From positions 1 to 38,909 of the forward strand of contig CALSCO010000418.1 of the NCBI GenBank assembly GCA_943704415.1: a stretch of DNA of 38,909 bases, read 5' to 3'. The translations under genes were made by a program, and so were the position numbers. The notes under the pieces are model-generated. The model did no database searches. It saw nothing but the letters and a program-made list of their open reading frames with translations, and was not told where the DNA came from. This document shows, piece by piece, positions 37,403-38,909 of this stretch (its first letter is position 1; every line of letters starts with the position of its first letter). The stretch comes from Parvularia atlantis (taxonomy: Eukaryota).

Positions 37403-38877
37403 ATGGACTCTCGCCTGTTCTGGGCGACGTACAGCGCGCTCACGGCCAAGTTGAAGAAGTGCGCGCGTCCACCGTCCAGCCGCCCCGATGCTCACGCGCC
37501 CCGCCACTACCAGGCGTTTCCTGCACCGGCCCAACCACGCCGAGGGCGCGCGCGACTACGAGGAGCTGAAGCGGCTGGTGCGGCGCGAGGGGCTGCCGCA
37601 CTACGCCGCCTTCTGCTGCCTGGCCGCGGCGCGCTGCCACCAGGCGCTGGGCGATGCGCAGGCCGAGGCGGCGCAGCTGGCCGAGGCGGGTGCGGCGCGC
37701 GCGTCGCGATCGCCCCCCGGTCGCGAGCTCACGGCGACGGGCACGATGCGGCAGCGTCGTTGTACGCGGCGGCAGAACGCGAACTGCAGCAGCACGTCTT
37801 CTCGGTCGACGGCAGCACGGTCGGCTTTGAGGAGAACTACGTCGAGGCGCTCGAGTGCTACCAGCTGGCGGTGCAGGTGCGCGCGATGTGCGCTGCGGCG
37901 CGGACGTGGCGCGTGACGCGGCTTGTCTGGCGCCAGCACTACCTCAAGCTCAACAACGCCGTGATGGCCATCGCGCTGTGCACGGAGCTGGCGGGGCTGG
38001 TCAAGGCGCGCTGTCTGTACCGTTGCGGCTGCTGTGCTGACTGACGCTTGTGGCGCCAGCTGCTCGGCAAGCACGACGAGGCCATCGCCTTCTACCAGAC
38101 GGCAATCGCGCTGCAGTGCCACTACGGCCTCGGGCTGCTGCACCGGCTGCACTGCTACGACGCCGTGCTTGACTGCCTCTACCGCCAGCGTGCGCTCGCC
38201 GGGCCCGCGCGGGAGGCGGCGCTGATGGCGGCCGCAGGGAGCTGGGGCCGCGCGGTGCAGACGCTGGAGGAGCTGATCAACGTGCTCGCGGCCGAGCGCG
38301 CGCGCCTGCTGCCCGCGGCGACCGCGCACGGCAGCGACGTGCTCGCGTGCAGACTGCTTGAGTGCGAGACAGATCGGCTGCTGCTCATGCTGATCGAGGC
38401 AGGCGCGCGGCTGACGTGCTTCACGTATGCTGAGGGCGCGAGAGCGCACACGCAGAACTGCACGCGCGACGAGCTCCTGCGCGAGCTCGCGCGGCTCACG
38501 GGCGACACCGCGCTCGACCCAACCTTCGCCGTCACGGTCGAGGGGCCCGGCGACTCAACTGGGCGCCTGCCGCTGGCCGGTGGGACGCGGACGTATTCGA
38601 GCGCGTCAGGGACGTCGACGTCTGCGCTTCGGCCGCCGCTCCTCAACACATCGCTGCTGCTGAGCGAGCACCTGGGCGACGCGCTCGAGGCACTGATTGT
38701 GCGCGCGCTGGCCGCCGCAGCGCAGGCTGGGCTCTTGACGCGCGACGGCAGGACGTGTCGCTGGCGTGCGACATCGAGGCCATGGTCGCGCTCGAGGCCA
38801 CGCTCGCGCCCGACCTCACCGCGACGCAGTGCACGCTCATGGGCGTGCTGGTTGAGACGCGGCAGAAGCTGTTGTGA
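37403..38877 (+). CDS. F8A1: Huntingtin-associated protein 40 (HAP40/F8A)-like TPR protein, about 7 introns
   Basis: YSALTAKLKK|RFLHRPNHAEG...LPHYAAFCCLAAARCHQALGDAQAEAAQLAEAA matches the recalled HAP40 N-terminus (KLKKRFLRKPNVAEA...YAAWCQLAVARCQQAL). Stop TGA 38875-38877. Confidence 0.82.
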
Positions 38878-38909
38878 CCGCTCGCGGGGCACACACGAAC
38901 GGGGGGGGG

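Noticed and set aside
38901..38909. Terminal G run as a telomere
   Set aside because: It is only a 9-nt homopolymer at the window edge with no repeating telomeric unit.

Overview
This is eukaryotic nuclear DNA, not prokaryotic. It is very GC-rich (about 70% by eye) and extremely compact, with 15 protein-coding genes interrupted by roughly 190 tiny spliceosomal introns (hand count, mostly about 42-62 nt; donor consensus GTGCG, branch CTGAC/CTCAC/CTGAT, acceptor mostly CAG). Most entries in the supplied ORF track are exon fragments or antisense artefacts. Manual splicing gives, in order: YrhK-like membrane protein (+), DDX11/CHL1 helicase (-), UBXN6-like (+), J-domain protein (-), a giant CARMIL-PH-CPI-supervillin/villin-headpiece chimera (+), WBP11 (-), COQ3 (+), Slt2/Pmk1-like MAPK with an S-E-Y activation loop (-), PEX16 (+), calcineurin A (-), DUF4050 protein (+), BLTP3/UHRF1BP1-like lipid-transfer protein with an inserted UBA domain (+), AlkA/MAG1 glycosylase (-), a coiled-coil protein (+) and HAP40/F8A-like (+). 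The mix of fungal-like and animal/amoebozoan-like genes suggests an early-diverging opisthokont such as a nucleariid (inference only). The best candidate for an undescribed system is the 9.4-kb gene joining a complete CARMIL module to a supervillin-type gelsolin/headpiece module. All family assignments come from recalled motifs, not database searches.
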